Shown here in pieces: positions 10,601-19,106 of a DNA stretch of 64,000 bases (position 1 is the first letter of the stretch; every line of letters begins with the position of its first letter). Under the pieces are notes generated by a model, which worked only from the letters and a program-made list of their open reading frames with translations, made no database searches and was not told the DNA's origin. Location of the stretch: the NCBI GenBank assembly GCA_963718515.1, contig OY970354.1, forward strand, positions 302,363 through 366,362, written 5' to 3'. This DNA is from an uncultured bacterium (lineage in GTDB: Bacteria; Patescibacteriota; Minisyncoccia; UBA6257; 2-01-FULL-56-20). Position numbers and translations under genes: made by a program.

Positions 10601-13430
10601 CGGTTACGGCGGTGGTGATTCAGATCCTCTTGCCTTAACCACTTCGATGCGCTGGGGCAATTGGGACAGTGTGACGAATGCAGTTCGCTGGTGCGGCAAC
10701 TCAAGCGATCCTGGTTGGTCTACCATTTGCGGTAGCAAATCGGAAGTGCCTTCAAATTTGGCAAGCCCCAATGCCGCGCTTTCCAATCCAGTGCCCAGTA
10801 CGACCTCTCTTCCACCCTCATTTTTCTTGCCCACGATAGCAACACCTGACGGCGGCACCGGATTGAATTGGTGGAAAGTCTGCACGGGCTGGACGAGCTT
10901 CCCGACTAATTGCGCAACGACCCAAACACAGCCGTTTCCAGCTATAGGTCCCGATGTCACGGGTGGTCCTTATAGCGGCGGCCATGCCTACGATATTCCT
11001 GCAGCACTCGCATGGGAAAATCTCCCTGTCGACCCCACATATCAGAGTTCCTACAGCATCACGGGATCTAGCTGGTCTGGAGGAACCGAAACGCTCACTA
11101 TCTCCAATCCTCCCAACCTTGAGCATCTCATGGGAGCATTTCAGTTGAGCGGGGTTAGTTCGGCCTGCACGGCAGGGGCAACGTTCAATGCAAATAACGA
11201 ACTCCTCATGACGGGCTCTTCCGCAACAAGTATCTCCTATGCCCTCGTCTCAAACCCCGGTTCCTGCAGCAGCGGCACCTTCAAGTTCCCTGATGTCAGG
11301 GAGTTCAATGAGGCAGTATATGAGAATGATCCGGCATCGGGAGGAGGTGATACCACCCCTCCCACCATCTCGGTTTCATCTCCGGCAAACAACGCCACCG
11401 TATCCTCGACCATCACCCTCTCCGGAACTGCTGCCGATAATGTGGCTGTAGCTTCGGTTGCCGTCTCAGTCGACGGGGGAGCATACCAATCTGCTGTAGG
11501 GACAACATCGTGGACATACTCTTTGAATACCACTTCGCTTTCAAACGGTACCCATACAATCATCGCAAGAGCCACCGACACCTCGGGGAATACCGGAATA
11601 TCATCAACCGTTACCATCACCGTAAACAATGCGTCAGGTCCCTCTGCTCCATCCATCACCTCCTCCCTCACGGCCAATGCCACAACGACCACAAGTTTCT
11701 CATATCAGATCACAGGATCCAACAGTCCCACCTCATACAATGCAACCGGCCTCCCCTCAGGCCTTTCCGTGAGTACCTCATCAGGTCTCATCTCGGGAAC
11801 TCCCACAGTAGCAGGGACATCGAACATCACAATCTCTGCCACAAATGCCGGAGGAACAGGAACCGCAACGCTTGTCCTCACGGTGCGTACCATCCCTGAT
11901 ACGACACCTCCCACCACAAGCATCACAAGCCCCGTGAACAATGCCACGGTCTCAAGCACAATCTCTGTCTTTGCCACAGCTTCCGACAATGTAGGCGTCT
12001 CTTACGTCGACCTCCTGGTCGACAACACGGTCGTCGCAACCGACACCACGAGTCCCTATACCTTCTCGCTCAACACCACAAGCTTCGCGAACGGCAGTCA
12101 TGTCATGTTTACCAAAGCTTACGATGCCGCAGGCAATGTCGGTTCTTCTGCCACCATATCGGTCACCGTATCCAACCCCGCAGAGACCCTGACCACGTCC
12201 CTCACGGCATCAAATGCATCAAGCGTCGCCCCGCTCACGACCTCCCTCACGGCATCCGCAGCAGGCACGGCCCAAGGCACGGTGAATTACATCTTCTATT
12301 GCAACAGGACTGATACGGGAACCAATATCACCTCTCCTGCAGACCTCACGGTGAATGCCGTGACAAGTACCTCCTACCTCGCCACAAATCTCTGCACCTA
12401 TGAGACCGCAGGATCATATACCGCAAAGGTCATCGTGGAGCGGGGAAGCGCTCCTCCTGCCCAAGCGCAAGAGGCGATCACGGTGTCTGCTGCACCGAGC
12501 TCAGGTGGTGGTGGAGGAGGCTCATCCGGTGGTGGTGGCGGAGGTGGCGGTTCTTCCGGCGGTGGTGGTGGAGGTTCCTCCTCGCCCCTCTTCACCGTCC
12601 ATACCATGGTCACGACCTCTACCCCGACATCGGCCAAGATCACGGTCATGACCTCCCTCCCCGCCCTCACCCAGCTCTTCTATGGCACCTCTCCCTCCTA
12701 TGGATCGACCACCCTCACCTCTCCTCTCCTTACGACCTCATACTTCAACCTGGAGAATCTCATCCCCGGCAAGACCTATTACGTAAAAGCCGTATCCCTT
12801 GCAGAGGGAGAGACGGAGTCAGCGAACATCACCTTCACCCCGGGGACCATGGCACCGATCGTCACGACCCCTCCTCCCTCCGCATCTTCTGCATCCCTCC
12901 CTCCCTTCATACGAAATCTCACGATCGGTTCCACGGGGTCAGATGTCTTAGAGCTTCAGCAGCTCCTGAACCAGTGGGGATACACGATCTCCCCCTCAGG
13001 ACCTGGTTCCCCCGGGCATGAGTCCTCCTATTTCGGTTCCCTTACCACGAAGGCAGTGCAGAAGTTCCAAGCGGCAGAAGGCATCTCCCCCGTATCAGGC
13101 TTCGTAGGGCCGCTCACGAGGGCAAAGCTGAACAGCCTCATCAACGCGGGAGGAACACAGACGACGACACCACCATCTCCTTCATCAGGCTCCCTCACAG
13201 AAAACCTTGCCCCTGGGAGTTCAGGACCACAGGTAGACACCCTCCAAAGCATCCTTGTCACGGACGGTTACCTTGCTCCCCAGTATGTCACCGGATACTA
13301 TGGATCCCTTACCGAGCAAGCAGTCGAAGCATTCCAGACTAAAGAAGGCATTGTCTCCTATGGGACGCCAAGCACGACTGGCTATGGTGCGGTGGGACCG
13401 AAGACAAGAGGGGAGCTGGATGGGATGTAG
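7647..13430 (+). CDS. giant surface protein (about 1928 aa): N-terminal module, FN3 x2, beta-helix-like core, Ig-like, He_PIG-like and PKD-like domains, poly-Gly linker, two PG-binding domains
   Basis: Continuous 5.8-kb ORF. The ORF track starts at 7596, but M18 (7647, MKRTKQLSLIALFLVALFLGF signal) avoids overlap with the upstream gene.
FN3-like repeats: PSVPTNLSANAISSSQINLSWTASTDNVGVTGYDIYRGG.
Ig-like repeats: DTTPPTISVSSPANNATVSSTITLSG.
He_PIG-like segment: GLPSGLSVSTSSGLISGTP.
Two C-terminal PG_binding_1-like repeats. Confidence 0.85.
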   Translation: MKRTKQLSLIALFLVALFLGFSYIPNIFSQKKTFAAGTPTIVQTCTGGNYGSTATCTLPSTLSANTTLVATGYSSGSGETLSISGCGLTWTKVFSDTASADFTWDVWTAPSTAGTSCTASQTIGGSQYNFINIAEVSGVNGLDAIPVDEHSPFCQTGCRSGSLTTNTNGDLVLFVGFLPSYSLTYSTFSNSYSIYQQNFFNSGGGSTSTNATAYILQGTAGNTSTTYNLSGATSYADSILIPFKSSGSGTPAIPPSAPTNLAVTTSTPTTVSLSWTASSAGTYSVAGYDIYQGSNQVGITSSTTYTVTGLSPSTGYTFSVYAYDSQSNSSPQSNSVNATTQAPIVDTTPPSVPTNLSANAISSSQINLSWTASTDNVGVTGYDIYRGGVQIGTSATNGYSDSGLAASTQYTYTVSAYDASGNNSAQSTSASATTQAKSSGGGTGPWSGVLTPSRAINWGNAGLPSTLIYGTGGSACNGSSANCTETVANPWTPPTRTQCGSTISPSGSAATNTSNINNALAACNPGTYVLLGPGTFTVNSSINFYTQNGVTLRGSGPQSTSITLTNAADVQMGAGYSYGLCGWTGGYAAGATSITLSNCSSAPHVGVLTTLAQCNTGFTGCGYANISGSNVSLYTAAPGSLFLNSWAGTQTMYFGSGTTWPGYPITAVQNGTSLTVSGGTPPSTFFYIGTPADNNGIFICGGVDGTCQRTDEGSEPTDLQQQIVMITSVSGSGPSYTATISPGLYMPNWNTSNNPSANWSTGAHTVTALGNGIEDMTIYNAYDGANESVQFNNSYGSWVKGVRLLGSGTYYPLVISGSKNSLVSNNYIFSDPFGDGQYPGAMQEQQDSDDLVLNNIMVSGTSWVGFGLMSGDVAAYNYGRDTFTSYPLDMFEHVPGDVYQLYEGNEVGTLQEDATHGTHDLNTAFRNYVPGYDVPYVAQGNPAGITWNPWDRFTNTVGNVIGNSAGLLNTYQSETQAAGGYIFSIGYGGGDSDPLALTTSMRWGNWDSVTNAVRWCGNSSDPGWSTICGSKSEVPSNLASPNAALSNPVPSTTSLPPSFFLPTIATPDGGTGLNWWKVCTGWTSFPTNCATTQTQPFPAIGPDVTGGPYSGGHAYDIPAALAWENLPVDPTYQSSYSITGSSWSGGTETLTISNPPNLEHLMGAFQLSGVSSACTAGATFNANNELLMTGSSATSISYALVSNPGSCSSGTFKFPDVREFNEAVYENDPASGGGDTTPPTISVSSPANNATVSSTITLSGTAADNVAVASVAVSVDGGAYQSAVGTTSWTYSLNTTSLSNGTHTIIARATDTSGNTGISSTVTITVNNASGPSAPSITSSLTANATTTTSFSYQITGSNSPTSYNATGLPSGLSVSTSSGLISGTPTVAGTSNITISATNAGGTGTATLVLTVRTIPDTTPPTTSITSPVNNATVSSTISVFATASDNVGVSYVDLLVDNTVVATDTTSPYTFSLNTTSFANGSHVMFTKAYDAAGNVGSSATISVTVSNPAETLTTSLTASNASSVAPLTTSLTASAAGTAQGTVNYIFYCNRTDTGTNITSPADLTVNAVTSTSYLATNLCTYETAGSYTAKVIVERGSAPPAQAQEAITVSAAPSSGGGGGGSSGGGGGGGGSSGGGGGGSSSPLFTVHTMVTTSTPTSAKITVMTSLPALTQLFYGTSPSYGSTTLTSPLLTTSYFNLENLIPGKTYYVKAVSLAEGETESANITFTPGTMAPIVTTPPPSASSASLPPFIRNLTIGSTGSDVLELQQLLNQWGYTISPSGPGSPGHESSYFGSLTTKAVQKFQAAEGISPVSGFVGPLTRAKLNSLINAGGTQTTTPPSPSSGSLTENLAPGSSGPQVDTLQSILVTDGYLAPQYVTGYYGSLTEQAVEAFQTKEGIVSYGTPSTTGYGAVGPKTRGELDGM
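12501..12585 (+). repeat. GGT/GGC-rich low-complexity tract encoding SGGGGGGSSGGGGGGGGSSGGGGGGSSS
   Basis: Seen directly in the sequence. An equivalent tract lies at the same relative position in the paralog (47059-47143). Confidence 0.9.
13222..13417 (+). repeat. 196-nt tract with 1 mismatch to 47801-47996 (3' ends of the two giant paralogs)
   Basis: Base-by-base comparison finds only 13406 A vs 47986 G differing. By eye the surrounding paralogous DNA is only about 75-80 percent identical. Confidence 0.9.
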
Positions 13431-13459
13431 AGAGGAGGGAAATTATTTCTCAAAAAGAA

Positions 13460-13465
13460 TATAAT
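13460..13465 (+). promoter_or_regulatory. -10 box (TATAAT) 6 nt upstream of the GTG start at 13472
   Basis: The sequence is gaaTATAATaatcgtGTG. Confidence 0.35.
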
Positions 13466-13471
13466 AATCGT

Positions 13472-13882
13472 GTGGAGAATAGATTCTTTTACAAAGGCCA
13501 ATCATTCCTGGGACTCGTCTTACTTATCGGAGGCATCATAGCGGTGGTCGGTTTTTTTATCGCGTTCCTGGCCACTTCTTTTATAGATAGCGGATATGGC
13601 TATGCCGCATCATTAAATGCCGAGGCGGCGGCGATATCGGGGGCCCAGGATGGTATTCTTCAATTGGATAGAAATGCGAGTTTTAGTAGCACGGGATATG
13701 CGATATCGGTTGGCAGTTCCACCGCCGGAGTGAGTGTCACCCAAAATACTCCCTCAGTGGGATTTATTACCGTTATTTCTTCGTCAACCGCATCCTCTCG
13801 GACAAAAAAAATAACCGTCGTCCTTTCCAACAATGCTTCCACCAGTCAAGTGAGCGTCGTATCGTGGACAGAAACGCAATAG
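13472..13882 (+). CDS. membrane-anchored protein of the pilus locus (possible minor pilin / assembly component)
   Basis: GTG start with N-terminal KGQSFLGLVLLIGGIIAVVGFFIAFL hydrophobic anchor, then a small S/T-rich domain. It sits between the giant protein gene and the PilM-like gene. Confidence 0.45.
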   Translation: MENRFFYKGQSFLGLVLLIGGIIAVVGFFIAFLATSFIDSGYGYAASLNAEAAAISGAQDGILQLDRNASFSSTGYAISVGSSTAGVSVTQNTPSVGFITVISSSTASSRTKKITVVLSNNASTSQVSVVSWTETQ

Positions 13883-13888
13883 TAGACC

Positions 13889-15403
13889 ATGCAAACGATA
13901 AAAAGTTATTTTCATAAACTGCTTTCATTCTTGCGAGTGCGCTCCGTTGCGGGCGGCCTTGAGATAAGCGATCAAGTGTTGCGCCTTGTCTATTACAACG
14001 GAAGGGTATGGCAAATGGCGGCAGTCCGTCTTGCCGTGGGAGTTATGGATAAAGGCAATATCAGAGACGAGCCGGCGCTCATCGCCGCCTTGCGGGAATT
14101 AAAAATGAAGGTGCCGGTCGCAAGAGATAAGAAGAAGATGATGAATGTGATCGTCTCGCTCAGTTCCGTTCAGATATACAATCAGGTTTTTGCAGTGCCT
14201 GCGATCGAAGGTCCCGATCTCGATAAAGCGGTCGAGCTCAATGCCCAGATGCTTTCTCCCATTGATATCAACCAGGCGTATATCGGGTGGGAATTTTTAG
14301 GAAAAGACGAGACTGGCCTTAAATCGGAAGTAGCCGCAGCTTTTGCCAATAAAGCCGTCGTAGATGCAATCACGCAGGCATTGTTCGCGGCAGGATTCAT
14401 CACGGTCGGCGTGGAATCGCGCGCGCTCGCGTTCGTGCGGATACTTCGCGAAAAGGGCGCAGGCGTCGATATTGATAAAGCGTATCTCGTTTTGAACATC
14501 GATAATTCCGGCATCGATTTTTTGGTTGTCCGCAAGGGAAGGTTGTATTTTGAATACGCGACCCAATGGTCCGATATCGCCGACGAGAAGGGCCAGGTCT
14601 CGGTGGAAAAATTCAGCGAGACGCTCGAGTCGAGCCTCCGGCAGGTGATGAATTTTTATACCCAGCGTTGGCCGGAGCCTTTGGCTGCAGTCATCCTTTC
14701 GGCGGTGGCATTTGAAAAAGAGGCAGAAGCGGCGGTCGTAAAATCGGCATCATTGCCGGTCATCCGCCTCAGCTTATTTATGGGCCAGTCGATATCTTCC
14801 GAATGGCTCGTGGCGCTCGGATGCAGTTTGCGGACCATAAACCCTACCATAAAGGATAAAGAGATAAACCTTTTGGGAGAGGAGGCCATGGACACATTCC
14901 GCAAGGAACAATTGGTTTATTTTATGAGCCTGTGGCGCGTCCTCATTCCGACGGTGCTCGCGTTTTTGATAGTCATATTCGCCCTGGCGGATAATTTTTT
15001 GAGCGTTACGAAAGCGAGCATTGAATCCCAACCGGCATTTAGTCAGCGAGAAAACAACGCCCTTGATGCGTTCGAAGCCTCCTCAACGTCGTTCAATGAT
15101 TTGGTCGCGCTGGTTGCGGATGCCGAGGGACAGATCAATGATAATTATCGTATGATCGCGGACATCAGTAATAGTGCGGCGGCCAATGGTGTTACGATCA
15201 CCCAACTCTCATTCCAGGGTTCGGGCACGGCTATCCTTGTTGTCGGCGCGTCCCCGGCGGAGTCGCAGATCATCGCCTTTAAAAATGCGGTACAGAATGA
15301 TCCGCATTTTAGCACCTTCACTCTCCCGCTCTCGAACATTCAACAGAACAACCAGGGGTATACGTTCTCCATGCAATTTCCGTTGGGAGCTACGCCGTTC
15401 TAA
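13889..15403 (+). CDS. pilM: PilM-like pilus assembly protein with C-terminal PilN-like TM/periplasmic extension
   Basis: 504 aa. The N-terminal ~330 aa has an actin-like-ATPase-sized domain (GGLEISDQVLRLVYY...LNIDNSGIDFLVV). This is followed by a TM helix (VLIPTVLAFLIVIFALA) and a tail. Context is a pilus locus. The assignment is tentative. Confidence 0.5.
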   Translation: MQTIKSYFHKLLSFLRVRSVAGGLEISDQVLRLVYYNGRVWQMAAVRLAVGVMDKGNIRDEPALIAALRELKMKVPVARDKKKMMNVIVSLSSVQIYNQVFAVPAIEGPDLDKAVELNAQMLSPIDINQAYIGWEFLGKDETGLKSEVAAAFANKAVVDAITQALFAAGFITVGVESRALAFVRILREKGAGVDIDKAYLVLNIDNSGIDFLVVRKGRLYFEYATQWSDIADEKGQVSVEKFSETLESSLRQVMNFYTQRWPEPLAAVILSAVAFEKEAEAAVVKSASLPVIRLSLFMGQSISSEWLVALGCSLRTINPTIKDKEINLLGEEAMDTFRKEQLVYFMSLWRVLIPTVLAFLIVIFALADNFLSVTKASIESQPAFSQRENNALDAFEASSTSFNDLVALVADAEGQINDNYRMIADISNSAAANGVTITQLSFQGSGTAILVVGASPAESQIIAFKNAVQNDPHFSTFTLPLSNIQQNNQGYTFSMQFPLGATPF

Positions 15404-15939
15404 ATAAGCGAAGAAAGAACAGAGGAAGAGATCTTTTCAAATACTTCCCGGAAAAGTGCATGGTCTTTTTTGGTGATGGGGGAGAGCACAAAATCGCCGG
15501 CTTTTTTTCTGTGCGCCTCGTCCGCTTCCCGGATGCCGATGCGGATGCGTTTGAATTCCTGGGTTTTCAGATGGTCGATGATGGATTGTATTCCTTTATG
15601 CCCGGCCGAGCGCCCGCCGTTCGATAGTTTGAAGGTGCCGACGGTGAGATCGCTGTCATCGTGGATGACGACGATATCTTTCGGCGTGGCGCCAAAGACG
15701 TGCAATGCCTCTTTGACCGCGAGGCCGGATTCGTTCATATACACGAGCGGCCGGATGAAGATCGTTTTTTTTGCCTTGGTGTATGCAAAGAGATCTTTAT
15801 GCGTGCGGAACGGCCGCGCGGCCTCGTCGTCCGGAAGATGTTCGGCGAGCCACTGCACCGCAAGTAGGCCTATATTGTGGTAGGTCTCTTCCAGCGCCGG
15901 ATCGGGATTGCCGAGTCCTATAATGAGTGTTTGATCCAT
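15400..15939 (-). CDS. pth: peptidyl-tRNA hydrolase
   Basis: Motifs LIIGLGNPDP..YHNIG, ...VIHDDSDL..G..K...GG..GHKG..S are classic Pth motifs. Confidence 0.9.
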   Translation of the reverse strand: MDQTLIIGLGNPDPALEETYHNIGLLAVQWLAEHLPDDEAARPFRTHKDLFAYTKAKKTIFIRPLVYMNESGLAVKEALHVFGATPKDIVVIHDDSDLTVGTFKLSNGGRSAGHKGIQSIIDHLKTQEFKRIRIGIREADEAHRKKAGDFVLSPITKKDHALFREVFEKISSSVLSSLI

Positions 15940-15982
15940 GCTTGATTATTATATTGCATCTTCTATATAATGAGTACACATT

Positions 15983-16549
15983 ATGAGAAAGTTTCTCGCC
16001 TCGCTTCTTGAAGTCCTTGAGATCGCTGTCATCGCCATAGCGGCGGTGTTCATCGTGCGGACGTTCCTCGTCCAGCCGTTTCTCGTGAGCGGTACCAGCA
16101 TGTCCCCCACGTTCTCGAACGGGGATTATGTGCTGACCGACGAGCTGACCTACCGCATCCGTCCTCCCGAGCGCGGGGAGGTGATCGTCTTCCATGATGT
16201 GACCGACCCGTCGACGTACCTTATCAAGCGGGTCATCGGGCTTCCCGGAGAGCGCGTGGTCATCAATAATAATACGGTGACGATCTATAATCAGCAGAAC
16301 CCCCAGGGCTTTGTGCTGAACGAATCCTATCTGCCGGCAGGGACGGTCACAGCGGGGGATCAGGATATCACGCTTTCCTCGAGCTCGTACTTTATGATGG
16401 GCGATAACCGCGCTGTCAGCTACGATTCCCGGAGCTGGGGGCCACTTCCTGCGAAGAATATCGTAGGCCTCGTGCGGTTCCGGCTGTGGCCGCTTAATGC
16501 CATAGATATTTTTAGCGCTCCGCAGTATATTAACGCGTCATCGTCATAA
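15983..16549 (+). CDS. lepB: signal peptidase I
   Basis: Contains SGTSMSPTF (catalytic Ser box), IKRVIGLPGERV (Lys box) and GDNRAVSYDSRSWG. Confidence 0.9.
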   Translation: MRKFLASLLEVLEIAVIAIAAVFIVRTFLVQPFLVSGTSMSPTFSNGDYVLTDELTYRIRPPERGEVIVFHDVTDPSTYLIKRVIGLPGERVVINNNTVTIYNQQNPQGFVLNESYLPAGTVTAGDQDITLSSSSYFMMGDNRAVSYDSRSWGPLPAKNIVGLVRFRLWPLNAIDIFSAPQYINASSS

Positions 16550-16554
16550 CGGCC

Positions 16555-17871
16555 ATGCCTATACCTAAACAAGAAAAAGAGAAGCCAAAGGAAGTTGTGC
16601 GTACCTTCCAGTCCGCGAAGGGCATGCACGACGTGCTCCCGTCCGACGAGCCGTATTGGGAAAAGATCGAGGGCGTCGTGCGGTCGCTCGCTTCGGCATA
16701 CGGATTCTCGCGGATCGAGCCGCCCGTTTTGGAATTTGCCGAGCTCTATAATAAGACATCCGGGGAGGAGAGCGATGTGGTGCAGAAGGAAATGTATACG
16801 CTAAAGACCAAAGGCGGCGATATTTTAGCGCTTCGTCCGGAATATACGCCGGGCATCGCGCGCGCGTATATGCAGAACGGGCTTGAGCCGTCTCGGCCAG
16901 CCACAGAAGCTCTTTGCGATGGGGCCGATCTTCCGCCACGAGCGTCCGCAACTGGGCCGTGCGCGGCAGTTCACGCAGATCGACTTTGAAACGCTCGGGG
17001 GCGTGAACGATCCTATTTATGACGCCGAGATCATCGCGCTTTTTTCGGATCTTCTTGATTGAACTCAAAATAAAAAATTCCGCGCTACAGACTGAACTCG
17101 ATCGGATGCCGCATCTGCCGTCCGATCTATAAAAAACAGCTTGCTACGTACTACAAGAATCATGAGAAGGAATTGTGTGAGGATTGCGTGCGGCGATTGA
17201 AGACCAATCCACTCAAATTGCTTGATTGCAAAGAACCAGAGTGCGTTGCGCTCAAAGCAAAAGCGCCGAACTTTTTGGACAAGCTGTGCGTCATGTGCAG
17301 TGCGCACTTTAAATCCGTCCTTGAATATCTCGACGAAGTGAAGATCCCATACGAGCTTGACCACCACCTGGTGCGCGGGTTGGATTACTACAGCCGCACC
17401 GTGTTCGAGATGTATGCAGAGGGGAACGAGGCACAGATCGGTGCCTTGCCCGCCGGCGGCCGTTACGACTATCTGATGGAAACGATCGGCGGACACTTGA
17501 CGCCCGCCGTCGGTGGCGCGTGCGGCGTGGAACGGCTGATCGCCGTGATGCGCGCAAAGGAGATCGCGGTCAACGGAAAATCCGGCAAGCGGGTTTTCCT
17601 TGCGCACGCCGGTGACCTTGCCAAGAAGAAGGCATTCGCCATATTAAAGGATCTTCGCAGCCGCGGATTTTTAGTGACCGAAGCGCTTTCGAAGCCATCT
17701 CTTGCCGCCCAGCTCAAGACCGCGGATAAAGAGGGTATCGCACTTGCGCTCATCCTTGGACAAAAGGAGATATATGAGAATAGCATCATCGTCCGCGATC
17801 TTACAAATGGATTACAGGAGGCGGTGCCTTTGGAGAAGCTGGCAGAGGAGATAAAGAAGCGACAAAAATAA
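16555..17871 (+). pseudogene. hisS: histidine--tRNA ligase interrupted by three +1-type frameshifts (real pseudogene, recoding or assembly error unresolved)
   Basis: Conserved HisRS sequence runs through four frame segments:
- frame 1 to about 16885 (...[18 protein letters not shown])
- frame 2 ([38 protein letters not shown]...FSDLL)
- frame 0 ([11 protein letters not shown])
- frame 1 again from about 17092 (LNSIGCRICRPIYKKQLATYYKNHEKELCEDC...) to the stop at 17871. Confidence 0.85.
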
Positions 17872-17927
17872 AACGCCTTACGCCTCCTGGCCGATGATAG
17901 TTCGGCGTAAGGCGTTTTATTTTTGCC
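17869..17927 (+). terminator. rho-independent terminator after hisS
   Basis: Perfect 15-bp stem aaaacgccttacgcc / ggcgtaaggcgtttt followed by ttttatttttg. Confidence 0.8.
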
Positions 17928-17941
17928 TAGAGTCTGCTTAC

Positions 17942-17970
17942 TTGCAAAACACTCATTGCTCTTATATACT
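17942..17970 (+). promoter_or_regulatory. sigma70-type promoter (TTGCAA - 17 nt - TATACT) ending 7 nt before the rpsU ATG
   Basis: The sequence is cTTGCAAaacactcattgctcttaTATACTgtctctcATG. Confidence 0.5.
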
Positions 17971-17977
17971 GTCTCTC

Positions 17978-18193
17978 ATGGCAATAGAAGCACGAAAAAA
18001 AGAAGGTGAATCGGGGCAGTCACTTTTGTATACCTTTACGCGCAAAGTGAAGCGGAGCGGTATATTAAAAGAGGTACGCCACCGCAAGTTCCATACCCGC
18101 GTGACGAGCCGCATCAAGCGCCGCGCGTCGGCGATCCACCGCGAGGAAAAGAAGGCTGATGTTGAGCGACAGAAGAAGCTTGGCCTTATTTAA
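17978..18193 (+). CDS. rpsU: 30S ribosomal protein S21
   Basis: 71-aa basic protein. ...LLYTFTRKVKRSGILKEVRHRKFHTRVTSRIKRRASAI... matches the S21 pattern (F.R.v.rsG...e.r.r.f..p...rkr). The internal ATG at 17978 is preferred over the ORF-track start at 17894. Confidence 0.7.
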   Translation: MAIEARKKEGESGQSLLYTFTRKVKRSGILKEVRHRKFHTRVTSRIKRRASAIHREEKKADVERQKKLGLI

Positions 18194-18202
18194 TAGCCCT
18201 CG

Positions 18203-18652
18203 ATGGCATTGCTCCAAAAAATAACCGACGATATGAAGACCGCTATGAAGAGCGGTGATAAGGCGCGCCTTGAAGTTTTGCGCTTCACGCTGGCTGGCCT
18301 GAATGCCTCGCAAAAGGAAAAGGCGTTGAAGGATCCGCAAGCGTCGTTGAGTGATGAGGAAGTGACCACCATCCTCCAGAAGGAAGCCAAGAAGCGCAAG
18401 GATGCGATCGAGCTTTTTAAGCAGGGCAAACGGGACGATCTTGTGGCGAAAGAAGAAGGGGATCTGAAAGTTATATATGAATATTTGCCGCAGGAACTTT
18501 CCCGCGACGAAGTGGCGGCTATCGTAAAGGATCTCAGGCAGAAAGGATTCAATGATTTTAGTTCGTTGATGCGCGAAGCGATGAAGGTCGCTAAAGGACG
18601 TGCCGACGGAAAGATGGTGGGGGACGTGATCAAAGATGTGGAACGAGCCTAG
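18203..18652 (+). CDS. yqeY: GatB/YqeY domain protein
   Basis: Sequence MALLQKITDDMKTAMKSGDK.RLEVLR...LSDEEV..ILQKEAKKRKDAIE.F...R.DL..KE..DL.VI..YLP is typical of the YqeY family. Confidence 0.8.
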   Translation: MALLQKITDDMKTAMKSGDKARLEVLRFTLAGLNASQKEKALKDPQASLSDEEVTTILQKEAKKRKDAIELFKQGKRDDLVAKEEGDLKVIYEYLPQELSRDEVAAIVKDLRQKGFNDFSSLMREAMKVAKGRADGKMVGDVIKDVERA

Positions 18653-19010
18653 GCTTTTGCGGTTGGCGGATACCCTATTGAGGATGCTCAAGCTCCGCGG
18701 CGCAACGCTGGATATTTTTTTATTGGACGATAAGAGCATTGCCCGTCTTAAGGCCCGCTTCATAAAAAAGAAGACCGAGCCGAACGTGCTCGCATTCCCC
18801 GAACCCGCGCATTTCCCCCACCCCGAGACCAGGAAAAGATACCTGGGCGAGATTTATCTCAATCGTGATATTCTGGAGCGTTCGCCCGGGCGCGCAAAAG
18901 TATTGCTCTTGCATGGCATTTTACACTTGCTTGGCTATGATCATAAAAAGAAAGCGGATATCGTTCGGATGGAGCAGCTGGAGGCTAGGATATTAAAGAA
19001 GCTAAAGTAA
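18636..19010 (+). CDS. ybeY: rRNA maturation endoribonuclease YbeY
   Basis: Contains the HGILHLLGYDH zinc-binding motif. Small size (124 aa) fits. Confidence 0.85.
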   Translation: MWNEPRLLRLADTLLRMLKLRGATLDIFLLDDKSIARLKARFIKKKTEPNVLAFPEPAHFPHPETRKRYLGEIYLNRDILERSPGRAKVLLLHGILHLLGYDHKKKADIVRMEQLEARILKKLK

Positions 19011-19019
19011 ATATCAGGC

Positions 19020-19048
19020 TTGACAGACAGACCGTATACTGCTATAAT
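19020..19048 (+). promoter_or_regulatory. consensus sigma70 promoter TTGACA - 17 nt - TATAAT
   Basis: The sequence is cTTGACAgacagaccgtatactgcTATAATc. It is followed by a ~50-nt leader with a GGAAGG Shine-Dalgarno before the ATG at 19107. Confidence 0.65.
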
Positions 19049-19106
19049 CTAACCAGAACCTAAAGGTAGGAATAACTGACAAACCTCACGAAAGGAAGGT
19101 AGTGGA

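Noticed and set aside
12501-12585. The repetitive GGT/GGC DNA, and the T-run motifs at 59850-60010, as possible CRISPR or tandem-repeat arrays.
   Set aside because: There is no repeat-spacer periodicity. The first is in-frame coding low complexity, and the second consists of irregularly spaced short motifs.
16565-17607. Antisense ORFs (167 aa and 180 aa) across hisS. Likewise 21111-21848 in ftsZ, 33565-34600 in cyoB, and 55752-56339 and 57159-57797 in nrdAB.
   Set aside because: They are opposite well-supported conserved genes and no motifs were recognised.
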